Under the pieces are notes generated by a model. It saw only the letters and a list, made by a program, of their open reading frames with translations. It was not told the DNA's origin and made no database searches. Shown here piece after piece: positions 1 to 52,600 of a stretch of DNA of 64,000 bases. A program made the translations under genes and the position numbers. The DNA is from Octopus vulgaris (Eukaryota). The stretch covers positions 2,542,001 through 2,606,000 of the forward strand of contig CATOCA020000001.1 in assembly GCA_951406725.2 (NCBI GenBank). The letters are read 5' to 3'. Position 1 is the first letter of the stretch. Each line of letters begins with the position of its first letter.

Positions 1-37591
<37,591 letters not shown>

Positions 37592-37664
37592 CTATGGAAG
37601 GATAAAGAAGATAATCATTGCCTTTATAAATGAGGCACACATCAAAGATTCGCACAAACCGACA

Positions 37665-40600
37665 TACGTGTGTTCGTTCTTTCTGCATAGCATCTACCTC
37701 GCTCTGTCTGTGTACGTGTGTTCGTTCTGTCTGCATAGCATCTACCACGCTCTGTCTGTGTACGTGTGTTCTTTCTGTCTGCATAGCATCTACCTCGCTC
37801 TGTCTGTGTACGTGTGTTCGTTCTGTCTGCATAGCATCTACCTCGCTCTGTCTGTGTTCGTGTGTTCGTTCTGTCTGCATAGCATCTACCTCGCTCTGTC
37901 TGTGTTCGTGTGTTCGTTCTGTCTGCATAGCATCTACCTCGCTCTGTCTGTGTTCGTGTGTTCGTTCTGTCTGCATAGCATCTACCTCGCTCTGTCTGTG
38001 TTCGTGTGTTCGTTCTGTCTGCATAGCATCTACCTCGCTCTGTCTGTGTTCGTGTGTTCGTTCTGTCTGCATAGCATCTACCTCGCTCTGTCTGTGTTCG
38101 TGTGTTCGTTTTGTCTGCATAGCATCTACCTCGCTCTGTCTGTGTTCGTGTGTTCGTTCTGTCTGCATAGCATCTACCTCGCTCTGTCTGTGTTCGTGTG
38201 TTCGTTTTGTCTGCATAGCATCTACCTCGCTCTGTCTGTGTTCGTGTGTTCGTTCTGTCTGCATAGCATCTACCTCGCTCTGTCTGTGTTTGTGTGTTCG
38301 TTCTGTCTGCATAGCATCTACCTCGCTCTGTCTGTGTTCGTGTGTTCGTTCTGTCTGCATAGCATCTACCTCGCTCTGTCTGTGTTCGTGTGTTCGTTCT
38401 GTCTGCATAGCATCTACCTCGCTCTGTCTGTGTACGTGTGTTCGTTCTGTCTGCATAGCATCTACCTCGCTCTGTCTGTGTTCGTGTGTTCGTTCTGTCT
38501 GCATAGCATCTACCTCGCTCTGTCTGTGTTCGTGTGTTCGTTCTGTCTGCATAGCATCTACCTCGCTCTGTCTGTGTTCGTGTGTTCGTTCTGTCTGCAT
38601 AGCATCTACCTCGCTCTGTCTGTGTTCGTGTGTTCGTTCTGTCTGCATAGCATCTACCTCGCTCTGTCTGTGTTCGTGTGTTCGTTCTGTCTGCATAGCA
38701 TCTACCTCGCTCTGTCTGTGTTCGTGTGTTCGTTCTGTCTGTCTGCATAGCATCTACCTCGCTCTGTCTGTGTTCGTGTGTTCGTTCTGTCTGCATAGCA
38801 TCTACCTCGCTCTGTCTGTGTTCGTGTGTTCGTTCTGTCTGCATAGCATCTACCTCGCTCTGTCTGTGTACGTGTGTTCGTTCTGTCTGCATAGCATCTA
38901 CCTCGCTCTGTCTGTGTTCGTGTGTTCGTTCTGTCTGCATAGCATCTACCTCGCTCTGTCTGTGTTCGTGTGTTCGTTCTGTCTGCATAGCATCTACCTC
39001 GCTCTGTCTGTGTTCGTGTGTTCGTTCTGTCTGCATAGCATCTACCTCGCTCTGTCTGTGTTCGTGTGTTCGTTCTGTCTGCATAGCATCTACCTCGCTC
39101 TGTCTGTGTTCGTGTGTTCGTTCTGTCTGCATAGCATCTACCTCGCTCTGTCTGTGTTCGTGTGTTCGTTCTGTCTGCATAGCATCTACCTCGCTCTGTC
39201 TGTGTTCGTGTGTTCGTTCTGTCTGCATAGCATCTACCTCGCTCTGTCTGTGTTCGTGTGTTCGTTCTGTCTGTCTGCATAGCATCTACCTCGCTCTGTC
39301 TGTGTTCGTGTGTTCGTTCTGTCTGCATAGCATCTACCTCGCTCTGTCTGTGTACGTGTGTTCGTTCTGTCTGCATAGCATCTACCTCGCTCTGTCTGTG
39401 TTCGTGTGTTCGTTCTGTCTGCATAGCATCTACCTCGCTCTGTCTGTGTTCGTGTGTTCGTTCTGTCTGCATAGCATCTACCTCGCTCTGTCTGTGTTCG
39501 TGTGTTCGTTCTGTCTGCATAGCATCTACCTCGCTCTGTCTGTGTTCGTGTGTTCGTTCTGTCTGCATAGCATCTACCTCGCTCTGTCTGTGTTCGTGTG
39601 TTCGTTTTGTCTGCATAGCATCTACCTCGCTCTGTCTGTGTTCGTGTGTTCGTTCTGTCTGCATAGCATCTACCTCGCTCTGTCTGTGTTCGTGTGTTCG
39701 TTCTGTCTGCATAGCATCTACCTCGCTCTGTCTGTGTTCGTGTGTTCGTTCTGTCTGCATAGCATCTACCTCGCTCTGTCTGTGTTCGTGTGTTCGTTCT
39801 GTCTGCATAGCATCTACCTCGCTCTGTCTGTGTTCGTGTGTTCGTTCTGTCTGCATAGCATCTACCTCGCTCTGTCTGTGTACGTGTGTTCGTTCTGTCT
39901 GCATAGCATCTACCTCGCTCTGTCTGTGTTCGTGTGTTCGTTCTGTCTGCATAGCATCTACCTCGCTCTGTCTGTGTTCGTGTGTTCGTTCTGTCTGCAT
40001 AGCATCTACCTCGCTCTGTCTGTGTTCGTGTGTTCGTTCTGTCTGCATAGCATCTACCTCGCTCTGTCTGTGTTCGTGTGTTCGTTCTGTCTGCATAGCA
40101 TCTACCTCGCTCTGTCTGTGTTCGTGTGTTCGTTCTGTCTGCATAGCATCTACCTCGCTCTGTCTGTGTTCGTGTGTTCGTTCTGTCTGCATAGCATCTA
40201 CCTCGCTCTGTCTGTGTACGTGTGTTCGTTCTGTCTGCATAGCATCTACCTCGCTCTGTCTGTGTTCGTGTGTTCGTTCTGTCTGCATAGCATCTACCTC
40301 GCTCTGTCTGTGTTCGTGTGTTCGTTCTGTCTGCATAGCATCTACCTCGCTCTGTCTGTGTTCGTGTGTTCGTTCTGTCTGCATAGCATCTACCTCGCTC
40401 TGTCTGTGTTCGTGTGTTCGTTCTGTCTGCATAGCATCTACCTCGCTCTGTCTGTGTACGTGTGTTCGTTCTGTCTGCATAGCATCTACCTCGCTCTGTC
40501 TGTGTTCGTGTGTTCGTTCTGTCTGCATAGCATCTACCTCGCTCTGTCTGTGTTCGTGTGTTCGTTCTGTCTGCATAGCATCTACCTCGCTCTGTCTGTG

Positions 40601-43600
40601 TTCGTGTGTTCGTTCTGTCTGCATAGCATCTACCTCGCTCTGTCTGTGTTCGTGTGTTCGTTCTGTCTGCATAGCATCTACCTCGCTCTGTCTGTGTTCG
40701 TGTGTTCGTTCTGTCTGCATAGCATCTACCTCGCTCTGTCTGTGTTCGTGTGTTCGTTCTGTCTGCATAGCATCTACCTCGCTCTGTCTGTGTTCGTGTG
40801 TTCGTTCTGTCTGCATAGCATCTACCTCGCTCTGTCTGTGTTCGTGTGTTCGTTCTGTCTGCATAGCATCTACCTCGCTCTGTCTGTGTTCGTGTGTTCG
40901 TTCTGTCTGCATAGCATCTACCTCGCTCTGTCTGTGTTCGTGTGTTCGTTCTGTCTGCATAGCATCTACCTCGCTCTGTCTGTGTACGTGTGTTCGTTCT
41001 GTCTGCATAGCATCTACCTCGCTCTGTCTGTGTTCGTGTGTTCGTTCTGTCTGCATAGCATCTACCTCGCTCTGTCTGTGTTCGTGTGTTCGTTCTGTCT
41101 GCATAGCATCTACCTCGCTCTGTCTGTGTTCGTGTGTTCGTTCTGTCTGCATAGCATCTACCTCGCTCTGTCTGTGTTCGTGTGTTCGTTCTGTCTGCAT
41201 AGCATCTACCTCGCTCTGTCTGTGTTCGTGTGTTCGTTCTGTCTGCATAGCATCTACCTCGCTCTGTCTGTGTTCGTGTGTTCGTTCTGTCTGCATAGCA
41301 TCTACCTCGCTCTGTCTGTGTTCGTGTGTTCGTTCTGTCTGCATAGCATCTACCTCGCTCTGTCTGTGTTCGTGTGTTCGTTCTGTCTGCATAGCATCTA
41401 CCTCGCTCTGTCTGTGTTCGTGTGTTCGTTCTGTCTGCATAGCATCTACCTCGCTCTGTCTGTGTACGTGTGTTCGTTCTGTCTGCATAGCATCTACCTC
41501 GCTCTGTCTGTGTTCGTGTGTTCGTTCTGTCTGCATAGCATCTACCTCGCTCTGTCTGTGTTCGTGTGTTCGTTCTGTCTGCATAGCATCTACCTCGCTC
41601 TGTCTGTGTTCGTGTGTTCGTTCTGTCTGCATAGCATCTACCTCGCTCTGTCTGTGTTCGTGTGTTCGTTCTGTCTGCATAGCATCTACCTCGCTCTGTC
41701 TGTGTTCGTGTGTTCGTTCTGTCTGCATAGCATCTACCTCGCTCTGTCTGTGTTCGTGTGTTCGTTCTGTCTGCATAGCATCTACCTCGCTCTGTCTGTG
41801 TTCGTGTGTTCGTTCTGTCTGCATAGCATCTACCTCGCTCTGTCTGTGTTCGTGTGTTCGTTCTGTCTGCATAGCATCTACCTCGCTCTGTCTGTGTTCG
41901 TGTGTTCGTTCTGTCTGCATAGCATCTACCTCGCTCTGTCTGTGTTCGTGTGTTCGTTCTGTCTGCATAGCATCTACCTCGCTCTGTCTGTGTTCGTGTG
42001 TTCGTTCTGTCTGCATAGCATCTACCTCGCTCTGTCTGTGTTCGTGTGTTCGTTCTGTCTGCATAGCATCTACCTCGCTCTGTCTGTGTTCGTGTGTTCG
42101 TTCTGTCTGCATAGCATCTACCTCGCTCTGTCTGTGTTCGTGTGTTCGTTCTGTCTGCATAGCATCTACCTCGCTCTGTCTGTGTTCGTGTGTTCGTTCT
42201 GTCTGCATAGCATCTACCTCGCTCTGTCTGTGTTCGTGTGTTCGTTCTGTCTGCATAGCATCTACCTCGCTCTGTCTGTGTTCGTGTGTTCGTTCTGTCT
42301 GCATAGCATCTACCTCGCTCTGTCTGTGTTCGTGTGTTCGTTCTGTCTGCATAGCATCTACCTCGCTCTGTCTGTGTTCGTGTGTTCGTTCTGTCTGCAT
42401 AGCATCTACCTCGCTCTGTCTGTGTTCGTGTGTTCGTTCTGTCTGCATAGCATCTACCTCGCTCTGTCTGTGTTCGTGTGTTCGTTTGTCTGCATAGCAT
42501 CTACCTCGCTCTGTCTGTGTTCGTGTGTTCGTTCTGTCTGCATAGCATCTACCTCGCTCTGTCTGTGTTCGTGTGTTCGTTCTGTCTGCATAGCATCTAC
42601 CTCGCTCTGTCTGTGTTCGTGTGTTCGTTCTGTCTGCATAGCATCTACCTCGCTCTGTCTGTGTTCGTGTGTTCGTTCTGTCTGCATAGCATCTACCTCG
42701 CTCTGTCTGTGTTCGTGTGTTCGTTCTGTCTGCATAGCATCTACCTCGCTCTGTCTGTGTTCGTGTGTTCGTTCTGTCTGCATAGCATCTACCTCGCTCT
42801 GTCTGTGTTCGTGTGTTCGTTCTGTCTGCATAGCATCTACCTCGCTCTGTCTGTGTTCGTGTGTTCGTTCTGTCTGCATAGCATCTACCTCGCTCTGTCT
42901 GTGTTCGTGTGTTCGTTCTGTCTGCATAGCATCTACCTCGCTCTGTCTGTGTTCGTGTGTTCGTTCTGTCTGCATAGCATCTACCTCGCTCTGTCTGTGT
43001 TCGTGTGTTCGTTCTGTCTGCATAGCATCTACCTCGCTCTGTCTGTGTTCGTGTGTTCGTTCTGTCTGCATAGCATCTACCTCGCTCTGTCTGTGTTCGT
43101 GTGTTCGTTCTGTCTGCATAGCATCTACCTCGCTCTGTCTGTGTTCGTGTGTTCGTTCTGTCTGCATAGCATCTACCTCGCTCTGTCTGTGTTCGTGTGT
43201 TCGTTCTGTCTGCATAGCATCTACCTCGCTCTGTCTGTGTTCGTGTGTTCGTTCTGTCTGCATAGCATCTACCTCGCTCTGTCTGTGTGTACGTGTGTTC
43301 GTTCTGTCTGCATAGCATCTACCTCGCTCTGTCTGTGTTCGTGTGTTCGTTCTGTCTGCATAGCATCTACCTCGCTCTGTCTGTGTTCGTGTGTTCGTTC
43401 TGTCTGCATAGCATCTACCTCGCTCTGTCTGTGTACGTGTGTTCGTTCTGTCTGCATAGCATCTACCTCGCTCTGTCTGTGTTCGTGTGTTCGTTCTGTC
43501 TGCATAGCATCTACCTCGCTCTGTCTGTGTTCGTGTGTTCGTTCTGTCTGCATAGCATCTACCTCGCTCTGTCTGTGTTCGTGTGTTCGTTCTGTCTGCA

Positions 43601-46600
43601 TAGCATCTACCTCGCTCTGTCTGTGTTCGTGTGTTCGTTCTGTCTGCATAGCATCTACCTCGCTCTGTCTGTGTACGTGTGTTCGTTCTGTCTGCATAGC
43701 ATCTACCTCGCTCTGTCTGTGTTCGTGTGTTCGTTCTGTCTGCATAGCATCTACCTCGCTCTGTCTGTGTTCGTGTGTTCGTTCTGTCTGCATAGCATCT
43801 ACCTCGCTCTGTCTGTGTTCGTGTGTTCGTTCTGTCTGCATAGCATCTACCTCGCTCTGTCTGTGTTCGTGTGTTCGTTCTGTCTGCATAGCATCTACCT
43901 CGCTCTGTCTGTGTTCGTGTGTTCGTTCTGTCTGCATAGCATCTACCTCGCTCTGTCTGTGTTCGTGTGTTCGTTCTGTCTGCATAGCATCTACCTCGCT
44001 CTGTCTGTGTTCGTGTGTTCGTTCTGTCTGCATAGCATCTACCTCGCTCTGTCTGTGTTCGTGTGTTCGTTCTGTCTGCATAGCATCTACCTCGCTCTGT
44101 CTGTGTTCGTGTGTTCGTTCTGTCTGCATAGCATCTACCTCGCTCTGTCTGTGTTCGTGTGTTCGTTCTGTCTGCATAGCATCTACCTCGCTCTGTCTGT
44201 GTTCGTGTGTTCGTTCTGTCTGCATAGCATCTACCTCGCTCTGTCTGTGTTCGTGTGTTCGTTCTGTCTGCATAGCATCTACCTCGCTCTGTCTGTGTTC
44301 GTGTGTTCGTTCTGTCTGCATAGCATCTACCTCGCTCTGTCTGTGTTCGTGTGTTCGTTCTGTCTGCATAGCATCTACCTCGCTCTGTCTGTGTTCGTGT
44401 GTTCGTTCTGTCTGCATAGCATCTACCTCGCTCTGTCTGTGTTCGTGTGTTCGTTCTGTCTGCATAGCATCTACCTCGCTCTGTCTGTGTTCGTGTGTTC
44501 GTTCTGTCTGCATAGCATCTACCTCGCTCTGTCTGTGTTCGTGTGTTCGTTCTGTCTGCATAGCATCTACCTCGCTCTGTCTGTGTTCGTGTGTTCGTTC
44601 TGTCTGCATAGCATCTACCTCGCTCTGTCTGTGTTCGTGTGTTCGTTCTGTCTGCATAGCATCTACCTCGCTCTGTCTGTGTTCGTGTGTTCGTTCTGTC
44701 TGCATAGCATCTACCTCGCTCTGTCTGTGTTCGTGTGTTCGTTCTGTCTGCATAGCATCTACCTCGCTCTGTCTGTGTTCGTGTGTTCGTTCTGTCTGCA
44801 TAGCATCTACCTCGCTCTGTCTGTGTTCGTGTGTTCGTTCTGTCTGCATAGCATCTACCTCGCTCTGTCTGTGTTCGTGTGTTCGTTCTGTCTGCATAGC
44901 ATCTACCTCGCTCTGTCTGTGTTCGTGTGTTCGTTCTGTCTGCATAGCATCTACCTCGCTCTGTCTGTGTACGTGTGTTCGTTCTGTCTGCATAGCATCT
45001 ACCTCGCTCTGTCTGTGTACGTGTGTTCGTTCTGTCTGCATAGCATCTACCTCGCTCTGTCTGTGTTCGTGTGTTCGTTCTGTCTGCATAGCATCTACCT
45101 CGCTCTGTCTGTGTTCGTGTGTTCGTTCTGTCTGCATAGCATCTACCTCGCTCTGTCTGTGTTCGTGTGTTCGTTCTGTCTGCATAGCATCTACCTCGCT
45201 CTGTCTGTGTTCGTGTGTTCGTTCTGTCTGCATAGCATCTACCTCGCTCTGTCTGTGTTCGTGTGTTCGTTCTGTCTGCATAGCATCTACCTCGCTCTGT
45301 CTGTGTTCGTGTGTTCGTTCTGTCTGCATAGCATCTACCTCGCTCTGTCTGTGTTCGTGTGTTCGTTTGTCTGCATAGCATCTACCTCGCTCTGTCTGTG
45401 TTCGTGTGTTCGTTCTGTCTGCATAGCATCTACCTCGCTCTGTCTGTGTTCGTGTGTTCGTTCTTTCTGCATAGCATCGACCTCGCTCTGTCTGTGTTCG
45501 TGTGTTCGTTCTGTCTGCATAGCATCTACCTCGCTCTGTCTGTGTTCGTGTGTTCGTTCTGTCTGCATAGCATCTACCTCGCTCTGTCTGTGTACGTGTG
45601 TTCGTTCTGTCTGCATAGCATCTACCTCGCTCTGTCTGTGTTCGTGTGTTCGTTCTGTCTGCATAGCATCTACCTCGCTCTGTCTGTGTTCGTGTGTTCG
45701 TTCTGTCTGCATAGCATCTACCTCGCTCTGTCTGTGTTCGTGTGTTCGTTCTGTCTGCATAGCATCTACCTCGCTCTGTCTGTGTACGTGTGTTCGTTCT
45801 GTCTGCATAGCATCGACCTCGCTCTGTCTGTGTTCGTGTGTTCGTTCTGTCTGCATAGCATCTACCTCGCTCTGTCTGTGTTCGTGTGTTCGTTCTGTCT
45901 GCATAGCATCTACCTCGCTCTGTCTGTGTACGTGTGTTCGTTCTGTCTGCATAGCATCGACCTCGCTCTGTCTGTGTTCGTGTGTTCGTTCTGTCTGCAT
46001 AGCATCGACCTCGCTCTGTCTGTGTTCGTGTGTTCGTTCTGTCTGCATAGCATCTACCTCGCTCTGTCTGTGTTCGTGTGTTCGTTCTGTCTGCATAGCA
46101 TCTACCTCGCTCTGTCTGTGTTCGTGTGTTCGTTCTGTCTGCATAGCATCTACCTCGCTCTGTCTGTGTTCGTGTGTTCGTTCTGTCTGCATAGCATCTA
46201 CCTCGCTCTGTCTGTGTTCGTGTGTTCGTTCTGTCTGCATAGCATCTACCTCGCTCTGTCTGTGTACGTGTGTTCGTTCTGTCTGCATAGCATCTACCTC
46301 GCTCTGTCTGTGTTCGTGTGTTCGTTCTGTCTGCATAGCATCTACCTCGCTCTGTCTGTGTTCGTGTGTTCGTTCTGTCTGCATAGCATCTACCTCGCTC
46401 TGTCTGTGTTCGTGTGTTCGTTCTGTCTGCATAGCATCTACCTCGCTCTGTCTGTGTTCGTGTGTTCGTTCTGTCTGCATAGCATCTACCTCGCTCTGTC
46501 TGTGTTCGTGTGTTCGTTCTGTCTGCATAGCATCTACCTCGCTCTGTCTGTGTTCGTGTGTTCGTTCTGTCTGCATAGCATCTACCTCGCTCTGTCTGTG

Positions 46601-49600
46601 TTCGTGTGTTCGTTCTGTCTGCATAGCATCTACCTCGCTCTGTCTGTGTTCGTGTGTTCGTTCTGTCTGCATAGCATCTACCTCGCTCTGTCTGTGTACG
46701 TGTGTTCGTTCTGTCTGCATAGCATCTACCTCGCTCTGTCTGTGTTCGTGTGTTCGTTCTGTCTGCATAGCATCTACCTCGCTCTGTCTGTGTTCGTGTG
46801 TTCGTTCTGTCTGCATAGCATCTACCTCGCTCTGTCTGTGTTCGTGTGTTCGTTCTGTCTGCATAGCATCTACCTCGCTCTGTCTGTGTTCGTGTGTTCG
46901 TTCTGTCTGCATAGCATCTACCTCGCTCTGTCTGTGTTCGTGTGTTCGTTCTGTCTGCATAGCATCTACCTCGCTCTGTCTGTGTTCGTGTGTTCGTTCT
47001 GTCTGCATAGCATCTACCTCGCTCTGTCTGTGTTCGTGTGTTCGTTCTGTCTGCATAGCATCTACCTCGCTCTGTCTGTGTTCGTGTGTTCGTTCTGTCT
47101 GCATAGCATCTACCTCGCTCTGTCTGTGTTCGTGTGTTCGTTCTGTCTGCATAGCATCTACCTCGCTCTGTCTGTGTTCGTGTGTTCGTTCTGTCTGCAT
47201 AGCATCTACCTCGCTCTGTCTGTGTTCGTGTGTTCGTTCTGTCTGCATAGCATCTACCTCGCTCTGTCTGTGTTCGTGTGTTCGTTCTGTCTGCATAGCA
47301 TCTACCTCGCTCTGTCTGTGTTCGTGTGTTCGTTCTGTCTGCATAGCATCTACCTCGCTCTGTCTGTGTTCGTGTGTTCGTTCTGTCTGCATAGCATCTA
47401 CCTCGCTCTGTCTGTGTTCGTGTGTTCGTTCTGTCTGCATAGCATCTACCTCGCTCTGTCTGTGTTCGTGTGTTCGTTCTGTCTGCATAGCATCTACCTC
47501 GCTCTGTCTGTGTTCGTGTGTTCGTTCTGTCTGCATAGCATCTACCTCGCTCTGTCTGTGTTCGTGTGTTCGTTCTGTCTGCATAGCATCTACCTCGCTC
47601 TGTCTGTGTTCGTGTGTTCGTTCTGTCTGCATAGCATCTACCTCGCTCTGTCTGTGTACGTGTGTTCGTTCTGTCTGCATAGCATCTACCTCGCTCTGTC
47701 TGTGTTCGTGTGTTCGTTCTGTCTGCATAGCATCTACCTCGCTCTGTCTGTGTTCGTGTGTTCGTTCTGTCTGCATAGCATCTACCTCGCTCTGTCTGTG
47801 TTCGTGTGTTCGTTCTGTCTGCATAGCATCTACCTCGCTCTGTCTGTGTTCGTGTGTTCGTTCTGTCTGCATAGCATCTACCTCGCTCTGTCTGTGTTCG
47901 TGTGTTCGTTCTGTCTGCATAGCATCTACCTCGCTCTGTCTGTGTTCGTGTGTTCGTTCTGTCTGCATAGCATCTACCTCGCTCTGTCTGTGTTCGTGTG
48001 TTCGTTCTGTCTGCATAGCATCTACCTCGCTCTGTCTGTGTTCGTGTGTTCGTTCTGTCTGCATAGCATCTACCTCGCTCTGTCTGTGTTCGTGTGTTCG
48101 TTCTGTCTGCATAGCATCTACCTCGCTCTGTCTGTGTTCGTGTGTTCGTTCTGTCTGCATAGCATCTACCTCGCTCTGTCTGTGTTCGTGTGTTCGTTCT
48201 GTCTGCATAGCATCTACCTCGCTCTGTCTGTGTTCGTGTGTTCGTTCTGTCTGCATAGCATCTACCTCGCTCTGTCTGTGTTCGTGTGTTCGTTCTGTCT
48301 GCATAGCATATACCTCGCTCTGTCTGTGTACGTGTGTTCGTTCTGTCTGCATAGCATCTACCTCGCTCTGTCTGTGTTCGTGTGTTCGTTCTGTCTGCAT
48401 AGCATCTACCTCGCTCTGTCTGTGTACGTGTGTTCGTTCTGTCTGCATAGCATCTACCTCGCTCTGTCTGTGTTCGTGTGTTCGTTCTGTCTGCATAGCA
48501 TCTACCTCGCTCTGTCTGTGTTCGTGTGTTCGTTCTGTCTGCATAGCATCTACCTCGCTCTGTCTGTGTTCGTGTGTTCGTTCTGTCTGCATAGCATCTA
48601 CCTCGCTCTGTCTGTGTTCGTGTGTTCGTTCTGTCTGCATAGCATCTACCTCGCTCTGTCTGTGTTCGTGTGTTCGTTTGTCTGCATAGCATCTACCTCG
48701 CTCTGTCTGTGTTCGTGTGTTCGTTCTGTCTGCATAGCATCTACCTCGCTCTGTCTGTGTTCGTGTGTTCGTTCTGTCTGCATAGCATCTACCTCGCTCT
48801 GTCTGTGTTCGTGTGTTCGTTCTGTCTGCATAGCATATACCTCGCTCTGTCTGTGTTCGTGTGTTCGTTCTGTCTGCATAGCATCTACCTCGCTCTGTCT
48901 GTGTTCGTGTGTTCGTTCTGTCTGCATAGCATATACCTCGCTCTGTCTGTGTACGTGTGTTCGTTCTGTCTGCATAGCATCTACCTCGCTCTGTCTGTGT
49001 ACGTGTGTTCGTTCTGTCTGCATAGCATATACCTCGCTCTGTCTGTGTACGTGTGTTCGTTCTGTCTGCATAGCATCTACCTCGCTCTGTCTGTGTTCGT
49101 GTGTTCGTTCTGTCTGCATAGCATCTACCTCGCTCTGTCTGTGTTCGTGTGTTCGTTCTGTCTGCATAGCATCTACCTCGCTCTGTCTGTGTTCGTGTGT
49201 TCGTTCTGTCTGCATAGCATCTACCTCGCTCTGTCTGTGTTCGTGTGTTCGTTCTGTCTGCATAGCATCTACCTCGCTCTGTCTGTGTTCGTGTGTTCGT
49301 TCTGTCTGCATAGCATCTACCTCGCTCTGTCTGTGTTCGTGTGTTCGTTCTGTCTGCATAGCATCTACCTCGCTCTGTCTGTGTTCGTGTGTTCGTTCTG
49401 TCTGCATAGCATCTACCTCGCTCTGTCTGTGTACGTGTGTTCGTTCTGTCTGCATAGCATCTACCTCGCTCTGTCTGTGTATTTGTGTTCGTTCTGTCTG
49501 CATAGCATCTACCTCGCTCTGTCTGTGTTCGTGTGTTCGTTCTGTCTGCATAGCATCTACCTCGCTCTGTCTGTGTTCGTGTGTTCGTTCTGTCTGCATA

Positions 49601-52600
49601 GCATCTACCTCGCTCTGTCTGTGTACGTGTGTTCGTTCTGTCTGCATAGCATCTACCTCGCTCTGTCTGTGTACGTGTGTTCGTTCTGTCTGCATAGCAT
49701 CTACCTCGCTCTGTCTGTGTTCGTGTGTTCGTTCTGTCTGCATAGCATCTACCTCGCTCTGTCTGTGTTCGTGTGTTCGTTCTGTCTGCATAGCATCTAC
49801 CTCGCTCTGTCTGTGTACGTGTGTTCGTTCTGTCTGCATAGCATCTACCTCGCTCTGTCTGTGTTCGTGTGTTCGTTCTGTCTGCATAGCATCTACCTCG
49901 CTCTGTCTGTGTTCGTGTGTTCGTTCTGTCTGCATAGCATCTACCTCGCTCTGTCTGTGTACGTGTGTTCGTTCTGTCTGCATAGCATCTACCTCGCTCT
50001 GTCTGTGTACGTGTGTTCGTTCTGTCTGCATAGCATCTACCTCGCTCTGTCTGTGTTCGTGTGTTCGTTCTGTCTGCATAGCATCTACCTCGCTCTGTCT
50101 GTGTACGTGTGTTCGTTCTGTCTGCATAGCATCTACCTCGCTCTGTCTGTGTACGTGTGTTCGTTCTGTCTGCATAGCATCTACCTCGCTTTGTCTGTGT
50201 ACGTGTGTTCGTTCTGTCTGCATAGCATCTACCTCGCTCTGTCTGTGTTCGTGTGTTCGTTCTGTCTGCATAGCATCTACCTCGCTCTGTCTGTGTTCGT
50301 GTGTTCGTTCTGTCTGCATAGCATCTACCTCGCTCTGTCTGTGTTCGTGTGTTCGTTCTGTCTGCATAGCATCTACCTCGCTCTGTCTGTGTTCGTGTGT
50401 TCGTTCTGTCTGCATAGCATCTACCTCGCTCTGTCTGTGTTCGTGTGTTCGTTCTGTCTGCATAGCATCTACCTCGCTCTGTCTGTGTTCGTGTGTTCGT
50501 TCTGTCTGCATAGCATCTACCTCGCTCTGTCTGTGTTCGTGTGTTCGTTCTGTCTGCATAGCATCTACCTCGCTCTGTCTGTGTACGTGTGTTCGTTCTG
50601 TCTGCATAGCATCTACCTCGCTCTGTCTGTGTTCGTGTGTTCGTTCTGTCTGCATAGCATCTACCTCGCTCTGTCTGTGTTCGTGTGTTCGTTCTGTCTG
50701 CATAGCATCTACCTCGCTCTGTCTGTGTTCGTGTGTTCGTTCTGTCTGCATAGCATCTACCTCGCTCTGTCTGTGTTCGTGTGTTCGTTTTGTCTGCATA
50801 GCATCTACCTCGCTCTGTCTGTGTTCGTGTGTTCGTTCTGTCTGCATAGCATCTACCTCGCTCTGTCTGTGTTCGTGTGTTCGTTCTGTCTGCATAGCAT
50901 CTACCTCGCTCTGTCTGTGTTCGTGTGTTCGTTCTGTCTGCATAGCATCTACCTCGCTCTGTCTGTGTTCGTGTGTTCGTTCTGTCTGCATAGCATCTAC
51001 CTCGCTCTGTCTGTGTACGTGTGTTCGTTCTGTCTGCATAGCATCTACCTCGCTCTGTCTGTGTTCGTGTGTTCGTTCTGTCTGCATAGCATCTACCTCG
51101 CTCTGTCTGTGTTCGTGTGTTCGTTCTGTCTGCATAGCATCTACCTCGCTCTGTCTGTGTTCGTGTGTTCGTTCTGTCTGCATAGCATCTACCTCGCTCT
51201 GTCTGTGTTCGTGTGTTCGTTTCTGTCTGCATAGCATCTACCTCGCTCTGTCTGTGTTCGTGTGTTCGTTTTGTCTGCATAGCATCTACCTCGCTCTGTC
51301 TGTGTTCGTGTGTTCGTTCTGTCTGCATAGCATCTACCTCGCTCTGTCTGTGTACGTGTGTTCGTTCTGTCTGCATAGCATCTACCTCGCTCTGTCTGTG
51401 TTCGTGTGTTCGTTCTGTCTGCATAGCATCTACCTCGCTCTGTCTGTGTTCGTGTGTTCGTTCTGTCTGCATAGCATCTACCTCGCTCTGTCTGTGTACG
51501 TGTGTTCGTTCTGTCTGCATAGCATCTACCTCGCTCTGTCTGTGTTCGTGTGTTCGTTCTGTCTGCATAGCATCTACCTCGCTCTGTCTGTGTTCGTGTG
51601 TTCGTTCTGTCTGCATAGCATCTACCTCGCTCTGTCTGTGTTCGTGTGTTCGTTCTGTCTGCATAGCATCTACCTCGCTCTGTCTGTGTTCGTGTGTTCG
51701 TTCTGTCTGCATAGCATCTACCTCGCTCTGTCTGTGTACGTGTTTTCGTTCTGTCTACATAGCATCTACCTCGCTCTGTCTGTGTTCGTGTGTTCATTCT
51801 GTCTGCATAACATCTACCTCGCTCTGTCTGTGTTCGTGTGTTCGTTCTGTCTGCATAGCATCTACCTCGCTCTGTCTGTGTTCGTGTGTTCGTTCTGTCT
51901 GCATAGCATCTACCTCGCTCTGTCTGTGTACGTGTGTTCGTTCTGTCTGCATAGCATCTACCTCGCTCTGTCTGTGTTCGTGTGTTCGTTCTGTCTGCAT
52001 AGCATCTACCTCGCTCTGTCTGTGTTCGTGTGTTCGTTCTGTCTGCATAGCATCTACCTCGCTCTGTCTGTGTTCGTGTGTTCGTTCTGTCTGCATAGCA
52101 TCTACCTCGCTCTGTCTGTGTTCGTGTGTTCGTTCTGTCTGCATAGCATCTACCTCGCTCTGTCTGTGTACGTGTGTTCGTTCTGTCTGCATAGCATCTA
52201 CCTCGCTCTGTCTGTGTTCGTGTGTTCGTTCTGTCTGCATAGCATCTACCTCGCTCTGTCTGTGTTCGTGTGTTCGTTCTGTCTGCATAGCATATACCTC
52301 GCTCTGTCTGTGTTCGTGTGTTCGTTTTGTCTGCATAGCATCTACCTCGCTCTGTCTGTGTTCGTGTGTTCGTTCTGTCTGCATAGCATATACCTCGCTC
52401 TGTCTGTGTACGTGTGTTCGTTCTGTCTGCATAGCATCTACCTCGCTCTGTCTGTGTTCGTGTGTTCCTTTTGTCTGTATAGCATCTACCTCGCTCTGTC
52501 TGTGTACGTGTGTTCGTTCTGTCTGCATAGCATCTACCTCGCTCTGTCTGTGTTCGTGTGTTCGTTCTGTCTGCATAGCATCTACCTCGCTCTGTCTGTG